A stretch of 64,000 nucleotides of DNA from Camelus ferus (taxonomy: Eukaryota): assembly GCF_009834535.1 (NCBI RefSeq), contig NC_045706.1:38874001-38938000 (forward strand). The letters run 5' to 3'. Positions 36,681 through 50,640 of this stretch are shown piece by piece (the stretch's first letter is position 1; the number at the start of each line of letters is the position of its first letter). A program made the position numbers and the translations under genes. The notes below the pieces were generated by a model. It saw nothing but the letters and a program-made list of their open reading frames with translations. It was not told the origin of the DNA and made no database searches.

Positions 36681-39029
36681 CAGGTTCATTTCTTACACTT
36701 CCTTCAGACCCTAGCAAATGTAAGAAAAGTACTCTCAAGCCAAAGGTAAACATCTGCACCTTTCATCACAACTTTCCTGAACAATTTTCATGGGACAGAT
36801 AACGCATTTTTTTTTCCTCTTGTTCTCAGCCTCTCACAGCCTGATGCTGTGTTTGAACAAGACAGAAATCCACTGCAAATCTCAAATGTTTGGAATACTG
36901 AGAAAAAGGACTTTATTTTAAATTATATTCTTCCTTCAAAGACGTTTTGTTATCCAACTGTCATGTACAAAGAAATCTTAATAGGATAAAAGGACTGTTT
37001 TTCTTTCCTTAATTGTGATGGCCCCTGGACATTCATTTCAGTATCTGAGAAAGAGATGAGAGAGAAATGTGGAGTAAATACCTTACTCCATTAACTAGTT
37101 CATGCCACTCAGCACACTTCGGTTTAAATACCAGTTCCTTCAGAGACAGGACTAGATTTTTCAAATCCCTCTTCTTTGCCTCTTCAATAACCAAAATCCC
37201 TGGGGAGTTATGTATAGTACCTTTCATCAGCGGGCCTGTGTTATGACACTATTTATAAGACAAAGAGATTGACATTTGGCAGGGAAAAAATGGACCTACA
37301 GTGGCCTAGACGACAAAATATATCGCATACTCACTCAGGCGCAAAGGAGTGATACTCTCTGAATGGATATTAAACGCCTGGGAAGCCAACTCAGAATCTT
37401 TCACAGTACTGTGTGTTATTTTTCTGGGTCAGTTCTTTCTTTAATGCCCTTCCCAACTTTGATAAAGTTTCCTCTCCAATGTTTCTAATATTGAAATGTG
37501 GGAGTTTCAAAGACGAACCCAAAGGAATCACACTATAGCATATAATTAATCTTGATATGGAGGATTTTCTGACCTGCATATTAAAGTATTTCTTGCTTTT
37601 TTTTTTTACTAGTCATTTTTCTTTGTAAAAAGCAAAGAAAATCAATTCTGCATTTCATAGTTGAGAGAACCTCTCTTTCCCCTCACCTCTATATACATAT
37701 ATATACATATATATATTTAAACACACAAATGTGTATCTGTTATATATGTATATGCACATATGTATATAATGTGTTTCATGTGCATAAACAAATATATATC
37801 ATTTTTATTGTACTGTGTGAATTAAAATACAGATAGGAAAGTAGACTTAAAATAGATTGATTTCATCATCAATACTCTTAAAATAACTACATTCTTCTGA
37901 TAACTGCAAGACATTTTTTAAAAAGAAAAGTAAATTTTGCTTCAGAATATTTCAGATAAATTCTTACAAATTTGATATTTTGTGTGAGGAAAATTGCCCT
38001 CAACCTGAGCATGCTGCCCTTTGCACAGAGTAGCATGTGTTCTATAGGACCTTCTTTCCCCCACAGGTCAGAGTTTCTAGAGTGCCTTGTATTAATATTG
38101 GAGGTATTCACTTAGAATAATCACTTATGTTAAAATTAAAGAAAGTTATGAAATATGATTCTCATTCATAAAAATATTTTTTACATTTCCTTAAAATAAA
38201 TGTACTCCATAATGTATTTATATAATGAAACTTACTGTATCCCCTATTCAGGTGAAGAGTTTCAGCTTTATTCATCATTTTTTCCACAAAAGGTAAAAAA
38301 AAAGAAATGTAAGAGACTTAATTTAAATTTAAATTAATTCAATAAATTAAGGTCCGATGTGCTGAGTTACGTGATTTATCTGTGAAGGATGATGTTTTTT
38401 CCACTTATATGCATTTCATAAATCTCTCATGCACTCAGTACTTGAGAGTTTTGTCCTGTATGCTCATGAAATAATCTTTAAATACCTGTTTGCACACATG
38501 GAAATTCAGACAGTATACTTTGATAGTTTTTCCTTTCAATCTATTGTATATGTCCTCAAGGCTAATACAAACATACTGAAAGTAGTGTTGCAACTTGATA
38601 CACTACTGGGTTTTCTAAATGATGATAAAACCATAATCAAATAATCCAGTGTTGAAAAATCAGTAACATTAATCCTAGCTACTGTGTGGTGCATATAATA
38701 TAGTGTGCCAGACCGTGTGCTACGAGAAACACACACACACACAACATAAACACACATGCACTCTTACTTATGCATTAGTACTATTATTCTCACTATTTTA
38801 CAGACAGAGAAAATGAAGTTTGGAAAAGTTAAGAATCTTGGCATCTTGGCTAAGATCTTTTATTTGTAGAGCAGTAATCTTAACTATGATGTTATACTGC
38901 CTGCTGTCATGATTCATTGCCCTCATTCTTTGTTCCTTAATAAATCATGACAATATCCCATTGCTTTTAATAACTGATCTTTTCTCTTCATCATTCTTTT
39001 CTCACAAACCACAAATATGTTAGATATGG

Positions 39030-39250
39030 TAATAAATAATATTTACATGACCCTTATTATGTACCAAACTATTGAAAATAATGCCATGGGGGATGAACTA
39101 TTATTATCAGTTTTTACAGACAGTGAAACTGAGGCATTGACAGAATAAAACTTTCCTTAAATTGCAAAGCTAGAAACTGCTGGAGCCATGATATATAAAC
39201 CCAGGAAGACTTGCTTCAAAAATCCCTGCTCTCGATCATCACTATGCTTG
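39030..39250 (-). mobile_element. MIR SINE
   Basis: TATTATTATCAGTTTTTACAGACAGTGAAACTGAGGCA...AAACCCAGGAAGACTTGCTTCAAAAATCCCTGCTCT. Confidence 0.7.
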
Positions 39251-41414
39251 CTTTCAAAGCAAAGATGTATATGACAGTCTTTGTTCTCAACTAGGTTATT
39301 ATTGTGATGGAGAAGTAAGACACATACACGTGAAAAATAACTATCAATACAAGCCAAACATGATGAGTGACAACATAATATATAGTACAGATGAGAAGTG
39401 CCACTGGGGTTTAGAAGTCGAAAAACCCATCTCCTTTTCTGTTTTTGCTTCCTCAGAGCCTTTGTCTCACCTCCTTTATATATCCACATCTAATTCAATT
39501 CAACGTAAGTTAAAAATGTTCCAGAATCTTGTGCTACCTGAACTAACACTTTCACTCTGCTCTGTCTTGAAGAAACCCCACACAAGTCACAGTGTAAGAG
39601 AAATTCATTTTTAGCTTATGTTATAAATGTAGAAAAGAGAAATGCATGCTTTGTGGATTTAAGCAAAACCTATACCTAACAGTAAGTAAATTATCACACA
39701 TAAAAACTACTAAATATAACATTTCTGTATCAGAAAAGGTATCCTAGAAATATTCACAACTTTCATAGAAGATGGTATTTGGTTTCTTCTTCATATTTTA
39801 TTATACAATAATAACCCTGAAAGAATACTTGACATTATGTTTCCTATCTCACTTTTCTTCATCAACCATGCCCTTTGCATAAACATGAATTAGTTTTTAA
39901 TTAAGAGTTACAGCATATCACTGAAACAAAAGAAAAATAATTCTTATTTATTTAGGTCCTTAAATTATCTACAGCCTTGGACATTAACGTCCAATCATAA
40001 GCAAAATTGGCTTTGATGACTGTATGTTTTGAATCTCATTCTCAAATTTGGTGGTGCCTTTCCTTTCTTAATTTTCCTCACCTCTAGTTTGTTTAATATT
40101 TGATATTCAGTACTTATATGACCGCCTATGCAGGTTTACCCCATTTTTCTTCATCCCAATGCTGTATCAACATTCAAGTTATCTGAGTTAAGTAACATAC
40201 TGTTACCTCAAAATTAACATGTTAAAAATGCAATGAATATTTTTTCTAAACTGACCTTTTCATGAGGCTTAAACCATTGTCCTATCTTTTAATGGATCCA
40301 TAACCTGAACTTACACCCTGTATCCTATCTTTAAAATGTCCTACTTTCCTTTCAAAATAACTCTCAGATTCTTTCTTTCTTCATGTTTAATGCCTTCAAG
40401 TTAGTTCATACCCTCAGAAATTCACTTCCACTGTAACAGCGCCCTGTCTGTAACTACAGATACAACATGTAACAATCATAATGACACAAAGTCAGTGTAT
40501 ACTCAGTCTCTAGTTATAAAACTCAAGGTAAAATGCAACTGAGTCTCATATTAAAAGTATTGAAATAAAAGTGCTCCATTAAAGGTAATCTCCCTATAAG
40601 GCATACACATTTACCAGTTTAGAAAAGGGTTTGTACATTAAAAATTGTTTGATTTGATTAGCCAGGTCTTACCAAAACACACCTTTATCAGCCCACAAGG
40701 TATGATGATGCTCTTGTAGAGATGATGAGAAACGGACAGGACTAGTGACCTTAACTTTTAAAAGAAGATTAACAAAAAATAGTGTGTCATGGTGATCTTT
40801 GAAAAGGAAACAAGAAAATTACCATCCTAGTCAAGTGATTCTGTAGTTCCGTTGTCTATATTTTTAACTGTAATCCTTTTGTCACCGGAGATTTTTTTAC
40901 ATACTTACTCTAGAATGCCCATCTTATCTTTTATGATGTAAGCCAATTCTTAAGCAAAAGGAATAAGTATTTATCAGAAACCAGATTAGAACAAAGTTAT
41001 TCAGCTTAAATTCTTTCCAGCTGTCTACCTTCTTCCTTTTAAAATTTTTCTTTAAAAAAAAATACTGAGATATCAGCACTATCAATTTATACCACTTTCT
41101 GATCAAGTAGTAAGATGAGAACATTTTTCTTAAAAATTAGGAGAAAAAATTAAAACTGTAAACCAACTTCTAACAACTCTGAAATTCTTATGTCTCTATT
41201 CTATAAACAGCATCATTCGCCCTAAATCATACTATTAAACACTTGCAGAAGGAAGAGAGAAAGGCCAGGAAATCTAGACTCAGATTAATTTTGCTATCAG
41301 TCGCTATGGAATTCTGTAAAACTCATGGTTCCAAAATAATTGCACTGCAAGTTTCAGATTGAGCTGAGTTTTTATAGAGGGACTTGGACTTCAGCACAGT
41401 TGTTTACATAAGTT

Positions 41415-41600
41415 TCTTTTTTTTTTTAAGTAAATGCTTTATCTTGAGATAACTTAGATTCACAGGCAGTTGTAAGAAATGATAGAGCGATCCAATGTAC
41501 ACTTTAGCCAGTTTCCCTAGTGATATTATCTTGTAGAACTATAGTGCCGTATCACACTAATATCACACTATCACAGTGGACATTGTCTAAGACACAGAAT
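41415..41600 (-). mobile_element. L1MB-like 3' end fragment
   Basis: T-run then TTGAGATAACTTAGATTCACAGGCAGTTGTAAGAAATGATAGAG...CCAGTTTCCCTAGTGATATTATCTTGTAGAACTATAGT. Confidence 0.7.
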
Positions 41601-42314
41601 ATTTCTTTTGAGTTTTTTAAACGTCATAGTATCAGTAAAACACGTTGTTTTGATTCTAGGTACCCAGACAAAATTATCATTAAAAGCCTTTCTCCATTGT
41701 TAGGGACTGCATCATAAAATGAGGGAGAAGAGGGGAATATTTTCCACTATCCACTTCTAAATTGAAGGGCCTAATTAGCTCAGGTTTATTCCTAGATTAC
41801 ATTATCTTCTTGAAATACTATGTTTTTCTTTGTAATTGGCATTCAAATGTGGTAGAATTATAAGGTACCCCTGTTAAGCATTTAACATTTATTTGAATAT
41901 ACCTATTGATTTCATAAGATACCAAACATATATGTTAAATGCTTCATAATTCTCTAAAATCGATGACTATTATATGGAGATTATGATAAATTTTAAAGAG
42001 TAACAAAGTCATTTTAGTGCACTTCTTTCTTTTGAGGCAGAATATAATAGACTGCAGTTCTTTGAGCATAAGTTGCTTAGATAACATCTTATTTTAAGAT
42101 AATGTCTTGTTTATCTGTTAATTGCCATAGTGGAGATACAAGTACCATATTTCATATATCACCTTGGATTGTTTTTAAAGACAAAGCCTTCCAAGGTAAC
42201 TTAATACACAGTACCTGCTAGAAATTATAACTAACATTTAAAATTCTTTGGACAAGTAAAAAATGGAAGGACTGACTGTCAATTCCAAGGTATATTTACA
42301 GTATTACTTTTTGA

Positions 42315-42455
42315 GTATTTCTTATTGTGGTAAAATATCTAACATAAAGTTTACTATTTTAGCCATTTTTATGTGTATAGTTCAATGACAGTGGTTACAT
42401 TCACATTGTCATGCAAACTTCACCACCATCCATCTCTAGAAATTTGTTTCCTTGT
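42315..42455 (-). mobile_element. L1MA/MB 3' end fragment
   Basis: TTGTGGTAAAATATCTAACATAAAGTTTACTATTTTAGCCATTTTTATGTGTATAGTTCAATG...CACCACCATCCATCTCTAGAA. Confidence 0.75.
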
Positions 42456-42459
42456 AAAT

Positions 42460-42730
42460 GAGTCCAAAGGTAGGGGAAAAAAAATCAAAATCCCAGCTCA
42501 AAAGTAGTCAGGCAGGAGAAATTCCCTCTTTCTCAGCCCTTTTGTTTTATTCAGGCCTTCAACTGATTGGATGAGGCCCACCACATTAGGAAGAGCAATA
42601 TGCTTTACTCTATCAACTTAAATTTTAAACTAATTCAAAAACTTCCTCAAAGAAATACCTAGAATAATGTTTTACCAAATACCTGGGCACCATGTGGCCT
42701 AGTCAAGTTGACATATATAATTAATTATCA
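42460..42730 (-). mobile_element. MLT2 (ERVL) LTR fragment
   Basis: TTCAGGCCTTCAACTGATTGGATGAGGCCCACCACATTAGG...AGAATAATGTTTTACCAAATACCTGGGCACCATGTGGCCTAGTCAAGTTGACATATATAATTAA is the reverse complement of the MLT2 5' end. Confidence 0.85.
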
Positions 42731-44929
42731 GACAACAGAATTGTGCAGTACCAAAAGATGAGTAGAGAGATCATATAAGGATGATTTGAATCATTAATTT
42801 TAGCCATATCCGAATCACCATACTGCTGTTTAAGTCATGTAAGCCAGCTTGAGTTATGTTTCTGTTACTTGCAATTGAAAAAAAACAAAAAACAAAAAAC
42901 AAACCTCAAGTAATGTAGCAGGAAATTTTGCTGATGATTTATAATTTTAAAAATGTTATAATCTTAAGTTGCATCATTATTCTTACTTCTTTTCCCAGAG
43001 ACTTTTCTTTCAGCCTAGAGAAGAATGTAGAGTTGAAGGTATTCCACGAACACTTAAAGGAGATTTGAAATCCATGGTGTATGTTTTGGTAGAAAAATAT
43101 CAAAAACTTTTTTCTGACATAGCTGTTTCCTAGTCTTAGTGCTGGTCCACAAACTATTGATGGTCACTGATGAAATTACATCAATAGGTGGAAATGGAGG
43201 GAAAATAAAGATTACCAAAAGAGTTACAAAGCTAAAACTATCAACTTGAAAGTTTTCTCTTTCCTTCTTAGATTATGATTTCCCACCTTTTTTGGTAGAA
43301 AAATACATTTTGCTTTTTATGCAATGGTAATTTTAATAGCTAGGTCTGCGTGCTTTTCAGTGTCCCTACGTGGCATAAGAAAAGGTTAGTTCCTCTGTGC
43401 TGCGCAGCCCCTTTCAATGCATTAAGGATTTTGTTACTCCCCCTCCCACACAACAGAAAATTCTGAGATCATTTGCTTTTAGTAATTTCCTTGAAAGGGT
43501 TCACGGTATCACAAGTGTCACTAGAAATTTCAACCAATAATGTAAAGTCAGTATAGCTAGTGCTGAGACCACAACTAAGCCAACTGCTGACTTGGGGATA
43601 GAAAGTTTGTGATGAAAACTACCAATGGACGTAGCTCCTAGAAACCATTATTGCCTGGGGCTGCTGACACTTTTGAAGTAGTTACTGGGAACTATTGGTA
43701 TCTGAACAAACTCAGAGAAATCATTAACCATCCCTGGAACAGAATGAGTAAAAAAGCAGCCATAGAGTTGTACTTTCGCTAGGATTTGTGGCTGCTCGAG
43801 TAGGGGCAGCCAATAAAAGACAGGCTTCTCCCCCTTCCATCACCCATGGCAGATAATGCTAATTTTTAAAACACTTCTTCCTGCTGAGTACAGATACAGT
43901 TTCACGATTTATCTCAATGAGAGTCACTAAAAATCAGTTGGGAATAACAATAAAGATGAACACTATTTTCTATTACAGCGAGTTGTGCCAGTAACTAACC
44001 TATTGCCTTTCTGCTTCAAACACGCTGTTTATACATTTCTTTGTTTGCTGTAGCTGGAACTCCACAAACTACATTTTTGCTCACTTACTGACTCCACAGG
44101 GAGATGGCAAGGCTGAAAGAGACAAAAGGGCACTCTCCTCATTTGCTTTCTATTGCTACCCTTGGCCCCCTATCCAGTGATGCTTCCAATAGCTCCCCAT
44201 TGGGTGAGATAGTTAGTGGTTTTGACCTTTTCAATATCTTGATCATTGAATAGACAGAGATACAACATTTCTTCAAAAAGACTAAATAGATTGGATATAT
44301 AAGAAACACTGAAAGAAATCTGATGTCCACTGAGGAGTGTAGCTTGACATAAAGATGAGATATACATCTAATAGACAAAAAAAAGATGAGTTCTTCTCAA
44401 CAGCAGCCAGTTGAGTTCTACCCAAAGCTTCTCATTTTTAAAATCCTCTGTTATTTGCTATGGTTCTAAAAGTGAGTCAGTTGATAAAATGCAATATATT
44501 TAAACATAAAAATGTATTTTTTTCCTTCCCTGAATCTCAGAAATAATTGGTAGTTTGGAAATCCTTTATCCTTTTAACACTTACAAATGCATTGCTGCAT
44601 CTTCAATTAGTACATTTTTTAACAAGACTACCAATGATATTCAGCCCATTTATACTTTCCCATTACAAAATCCTAGTAAATAAGGATGACCATGGAGAGC
44701 CATCAGTTCAAGGTCTGTAAGTTCCAGTTAATGGCTCCAGAATGTGTACATTTTCGAAAGGCTGAAGATATCCTCACTTCAGAGAGTAAGCTGAGTCAGA
44801 AAATGTACATCTTTTCATAGACTCCAAGATTTACTGCATAGGATGACCGTGTATCTTAAATAGTATGGTTAACAGAAAATGCTATTGAGCCCTCAGACTG
44901 CAGCAGTTGTGTTAAGCATGTTTAAGTTT

Positions 44930-45090
44930 TACAAGTCTATGAGATGTAGCTATTTTGATATCCAAATTTTACACAGTAAGGAAACTAAGGTTTAGAAAAA
45001 TTAAGCAATTGTTAAAGGTCACAGCTGAAGAATAAGCAAGTCCGTGAACTCAACTTTAAAACTGTCTGACTCTTATACTATTCTATTTGC
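44930..45090 (-). mobile_element. MIR SINE
   Basis: TATCCAAATTTTACACAGTAAGGAAACTAAGGTTTAGAAAAATTAAGCAATTGTTAAAGGTCACAGCT. Confidence 0.65.
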
Positions 45091-45639
45091 CTTTGCAAGT
45101 AAGTATTCTTGGATTAAATTCTTCCACTAGTTTTTGGAATTACAACGCAAACCGATTTCCTTTAGAAATTAGTTTTCTTTCTGTCTTGAAAACTTTCCCT
45201 GTCTTCTCTCTGGGTAGAGTAGTTGAAAGAACAGACTCCTGAGATATTCTCAGATCTTATTTCCCAGCAAGAAAACCATTCAGAACCAATGTTAAAGAGT
45301 GGAATTTCAAGAATCAATGAAAGGTATAAAGAGATGCTTAAAAAAAAGTTTCTTCATTTACGTCAAAATATTCACATACAGTTAAAAAAAAAAAAGTTAA
45401 TGATAATCCTGATTCACTCAGCATGAAATACTATTTTCAAAGCTTATTTAATAAATTGAAACAAATGTCTGAGAGAACATAAACCTAGAATACTCCAAAC
45501 TCTCAATTAAAGCAATTGTAAGATGCTTTTTTGGAAGTTGAGACCTGGTCCCCAGAAAGCAGAGATTTATAAGGAGCTGAGGCTCATTAGAAGCAGTTGT
45601 AGCCACATATGTAGGACATATGATTATCTGATTATGCAT

Positions 45640-46020
45640 TCTCATTGAGAAAATAACAGAAGGTTTTTATATTTTAAAAAAAGCAATTTGAAATTACAAC
45701 TAGTGATAAGTGCTACAGAGATAAGAAATAGTAATACAGATAAATTTATAAGAGTAAGTTTTGTTCTGTTCTGGAGGATCAGAGACTTCCTTAAAGAAGG
45801 GATGTTTGGACTGAGATAAACAAATAATGTAAGTCAAACAGAATTTTAAGATGGGTCAAGTGAGAAAAACGTTCAATAATGATGAAATTACGTAGACAAA
45901 GGCCTTGTTGCATTCAGTGAACAAAGACAAGTCAGTGGAAGCTGGAGGACTGTGGAAAGATGGTGAAAGGATTAAGAAACTTATAATTTAGAAGGTAAAT
46001 TAAGGCACTTATGCAATATT
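45640..46020 (-). mobile_element. L2 LINE fragment
   Basis: GATAAGTGCTACAGAG...ACTTCCTTAAAGAAGGGATGTTTGGACTGAGA...AGTGGAAGCTGGAGGAC. Confidence 0.5.
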
Positions 46021-48371
46021 TACTTACAGAAAATATTATATATTATATATATTATATAAATAAGAGCAGAGATGTATAAAATATATTATTTTTTAAGCAT
46101 GGAAATATTTGAGGATATTTTAATGAAACATGACTTAAAAATAGGCAAAAGAGCAAAACACAGACAGAAGGTCTGAATGACCATCACATAATTCTCAAAA
46201 ATGAGAGAATAATGGCCTGGCAGAAGCATGAGAGAAATTTGGGAGAAAAAGTAGAAGTAAATTTCATCTTTGGCTCTCATGATTCTCATAAGGACTGTAG
46301 ATTTCAGAGTCCCTACCACCTCCACCTCTGGAGGATTTTGGGTTAATGAGCAGACAACTTTCAGACTATATGGATGCTCTTAAGGAGACTCCTTATGACA
46401 TGAGTGGAGGAACCAGAGACCAGAGTCAGCATAGCTGAAGCCTAAGAAGTGGCAGGGTCGGGTCAAGATAATGAAGATGTGATGAAGACAGCTGCAATGA
46501 GAATGGCCTGAAAGGAAGGATGGGAAAGAACTTGCAGGAGAAAATGGAAGGCTCTTGTGAATAACAGGTTAAAAGTGAAGATAGATTGGTATTAAAGAGG
46601 ATGGCATATTTCAAGTGAGTGGAGTGGCCCCCCAAATACAGAGACGGAATTTAGAAAAAAGTCCATGAAGTGTAATTGGTTAGTCATTGAGTGGCAAAAC
46701 ATGATGCTTTTTCTCATAGGATATTCTGTTCCATCGAAATGTAATTATTTGCATATCCAATGATAAAACACACAAGAAGAACTTGTGAGGAGAACAATTC
46801 ATAAGGAAACTGAGTACTTGGATAAAGAAATTCATGTATGGCTATCAATTTAGTGTAAGTGTTTTTCTAACAGCTCAGTACTGATTACTTTTTTTCTTTT
46901 TCTTTCTAGCAAAGTACTGCTTTTGAATGAATGGCTTTTTAATACATATTCAAAGGATTACAAATATACCTAAGTACCATCGAATGAAGTTGGATTCCTC
47001 TCAAAGACCAAATACTAACATTTTAAACTTAAAAATGTAAACAAAAAGGTCAATGGATCAGGCAAACAGTAAACGTATCATACATAGTCAAAGTGGCTTC
47101 AGAGGAACAAAGGTTACTACAAGTTAACCAATAAGGAAAACCTACATAAGCTGTAAAGTTAGAAACAACAGTAATTCATTTATAGAAAGAGATGCCTATA
47201 ATCAGGAGTGATATTTTAAATACTAAACCCTGTGACCAAAGAAAATGCACGTACGTGTCACCCAGGAGTGATAGATTGAGAGCTAGTCAGGGATGTCCTT
47301 GCGGTGAGGAATTTAGATTCATTCTAAATTGTGGCATAACAATTGGATCGAAGTATGTGTATATGCATGTACACATACACACGGAGATAGATGGACAGAT
47401 GAACGAACGGGTGAGAGTAGTTGTTTTGTCTGTGTAATGCATGGTGGCCATGCATAATTTGTTCTCAAAACTTGCTGCTGTGAAGCAATAGCTGTCTAAA
47501 ACAGATATTGGCTCACGTCACTCATGGGTAAGAAGAATACCATGCAATATCCTTGAGAGGAGAAATTGCTGACAAAACTTGTGTGATGCCGAAATGAAGT
47601 ATCCAGGATTGTCACTGCTGAGCGTAACATAAGCAGTTTAAGGACTCTGGTTTTTTTTGTTTGTTTTTGCTATAGCTTAGAAACTAAAATGTATTTCAGG
47701 TTTAATAAGACTAAATAAAATTGAGATACATTTGAGGCCTGGCTTTGCACACAAAAATGGATACTAGGTTCATTCTGGCTCTTGCAGCCCAGATGAAGTG
47801 GGAGGTTCCTCCTGCAGGTAGACACCATAATGCTTTGCTTGCTTTTGATTCACGTTCCTCATTGTTGCAATATACTATTCATACATCAGTACCCAAAGCA
47901 GCAGCAGTCCAAGGATAAAAGCTACCCCATCTTCAGCTGACAAAGCCATTCGAACAGAGAACAGCAAATATCCTAACATAAAGTGAATTATGAATTCACA
48001 GTAATGAATCAAGAAATTCCTTCCATGCTGCATCTTTTGGAACAGGTGTTTAAAATAGGAGCATGTGGGATCCTAGGCATGGAGGATTTTGCTGGTATAA
48101 AAGGTAGTTTTCAAGCAAAGATCAAGAAACAGTTTCATTAACAAGTAGCCTATTATAAAAAGTAGCTTCTAGGCAAAAAAATTGAAGACATTTCAATCTA
48201 ACTGGACGACTTCATATAACTACTTGGGGGATTCCCCCTTGTATAGTTTACCAAAGGGGAGTGTTTTCCTTGATCAGATAAGAATTAGTCATTCCCTGAA
48301 TGCTGAGTAGAACATTCCATTAAAACAGTTGCTGTGGTGTACTTTTAGCTAAGAGTTTCAAATCACCAATT

Positions 48372-48990
48372 TGAGACAAGAAGGAAGAGGGTAAAGCACA
48401 GCCTTTCAAGGAATGACAGTAATTAACACAAAAATGGAGGAAGATTCAACTCCCAGTAGGCCTTGAGGCCCAAGACGGGGAAGATTCCACTTCTAGTAGA
48501 ACTTGAGCTTCATTATATGCTTAGTGTAATATATTTGCATGGTAAATGGCACTCCCACAGGCTCCATGACAGTTCCGAGACTAACCATCAAAGGTCAAAA
48601 AGTGAGCGGTGGCCCATTTCCTAGGAATCCCAACCCCCTTCCACAAAAGTAAATGGAATAACCCCCAACTTGTTAGCATATGAAGCTACTGAGCCATAAA
48701 AACTAGCAACACCGTGCCTCTGGCCACCACTTTCCCTTCTGAGACGGTCCACACTTTGTCTATCGAGTACGTCTACTTTTGGTAAGCACCCAACCCCCAC
48801 ACCTCATGGCCTTTCTCTTGTCTTTTGAAATAGCCTACACTCTGTCTATAGAGTATGTATCTCTCTGAATAAATCTCCCTTTACTCAACTGTGGCTCACT
48901 CTTCAATTTTTCCCTGCACGATGCCAAGGACCCACACTTGGCAGGGCATGTCCCAGGGACTCAACCAAGACCTGGGACACGGCCCTACTC
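48372..48990 (+). mobile_element. ERV1-class solo LTR (relatively young)
   Basis: Starts TGAGACAAGAAGGAAGAGGGTAAAGCACAGCCTTT; TATA-like CATAAAAA at 48695; AATAAA at 48868; ends ...ACCCTACA; more GC- and CpG-rich than its flanks. Confidence 0.75.
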
Positions 48991-48999
48991 TCACCCTAC

Positions 49000-50640
49000 A
49001 TTCATTTTCTTGTATCAGATTCAGTGTGGGTAATGTTCATAAAATATATATAAAAATTTTCAGATTTCCTATATAATCTGGAGTTCGTTTTTAATAACTT
49101 AAATTTTATATGAATTTGACCAATTTTTCAATGCCTGAATGTTTGAGATAAGTATCTTTTTTTATTTACAAATCTAAGTATGTGTTGGATCTGTATTAAG
49201 GCCCCCTTTCCATTCCTAATATTGTTTGTTTTTTATATTTCAGTCTCTTTTCTCCCTATTGCCAATTTTGCAAAAAGTTTAGTATTCTTCTTAGTCTTCA
49301 CAATATAAAAACTGTTAGCTTTGTTGAACTTCTTTACTGTATGTATTCTATTTTATTAACTTCTCTCTTGTTATCATTTCTTCCTTTTAATTTCTCCCAG
49401 CTTATTTTGTTGTTCTCTTCATATTTTTATTGACTGACAAGTCACTTGTTAATTTTCAGCATTTTTTCTTTTCAATATAAACATTAAATACTAAACTGAC
49501 TTTTAAATACCATGTTAGGTATATTGTATGAATTTCAACATGTGATGTTCTCATTATTTCAATTTTAATTATTATCTAATTTCTGTTATGGGCTCTGACT
49601 CAAAAATCTTTGTAAGTTTATTCCCAAAAACATAATTTTTTTAAGTTATTTTGTTATCGATCCTAGCTTAATAGCATTGCATTCAAAGAACATAATCTAT
49701 ATGATATAGATTTTCTGAAATTTGTTGGAACTAGTTGTATGGCTTTATATGTTGTAAATTTTTGTGTAAATGTACTTGACAAGCAAACATTTTTTAGTAG
49801 TTAGACCATTTTAAATAATATTGAATAGATAAACTTGTAAATTATTTTGTTCAAATCTAAATCTTTTATAATCTTATTGTTCGTTTGTTCTGTTTATTCT
49901 TTTTTGGTCATTTTAATCAACCAACTACTGAAAGAAGTATGACAAAAATTTCTGTAATCATTGTATGTTTATCTATTTCTCTTAGCAATTCTGTCAGTTT
50001 TAGATATATCAAAAATAATGTACTTAGGTACCTGTAGGTTAAGAATTTTTTTCCCCTTCTGGTGGGATTAACTTTTATCAGCATACTTGACCATTTTGTG
50101 TCTAGAATTCTTTTTCCTTCAATGTTATCTTGTATTTATATAGCAATACCATTTTTATTTTTATTTTTGTTTTTGTGGGCACACATTTGTCATTCTTTTA
50201 CTTTCAAATTTTATACATACTTATGTTTCAAGAATTTTTTTTTATAAATAGCAGAGCTGCATTTGTTTTAAATCCAGTCTGATAATTTTTGTCTTTTAAC
50301 TGATGAGTTCAATGAATATACAGTAATTATGATAATGTATGTATACATTTGTATTTATTGCTATTTTATTTAGTGCTTTTTAATTGTCCTTTTTTTCCCT
50401 GTGCTTGTTTCTTTCTCCTTCCTTGCCCTTTTGAACAGAGTTGTCATCCACCTCCCCTCTTTATGCCAAATTTCTTCGTCTCTGGCTTGGAAGCTGTTCA
50501 TTCTTTAACCACTCTGCTGTAAGGACTCAAATATCAGACTGCCTTCACAGATCAGCAGCAAACCACTCTAAACAAAACTTTCAGGCCTTTCACTCCTAAA
50601 TTCTGTAGTTTGTCACTGTTTGACCATGCACTGGTGTTGC
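49000..50640 (-). mobile_element. Old L1 (L1M) internal fragment
   Basis: T-rich antisense L1 text: CCCCCTTTCCATTCCTAATATTG..., TCATTCTTTTACTTTCAAAT, TTTAAATCCAGTCTGATAATTTTTGTCTTTTAACTG. Confidence 0.7.

Noticed and set aside
37310-37445. Plus-strand peptide LSEWILNAWE resembling a pogo/Tigger transposase C-terminal motif
   Set aside because: Only a short motif; no DDE region or terminal inverted repeats seen.
38350-38390. GGTCCGA Y-RNA-like start
   Set aside because: Only 7 nt match; no closing stem or poly(U) end.
39157-39614. Overlapping ORFs of 110 aa (-) and about 140 stop-free codons (+)
   Set aside because: The 5' part is MIR-derived, the frames overlap on opposite strands, and the length is within chance for six frames of 64 kb.
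44139-44378. Two overlapping minus-strand ORFs after an acceptor-like site
   Set aside because: No homology recognised, weak donor and no neighbouring phase-compatible exons.
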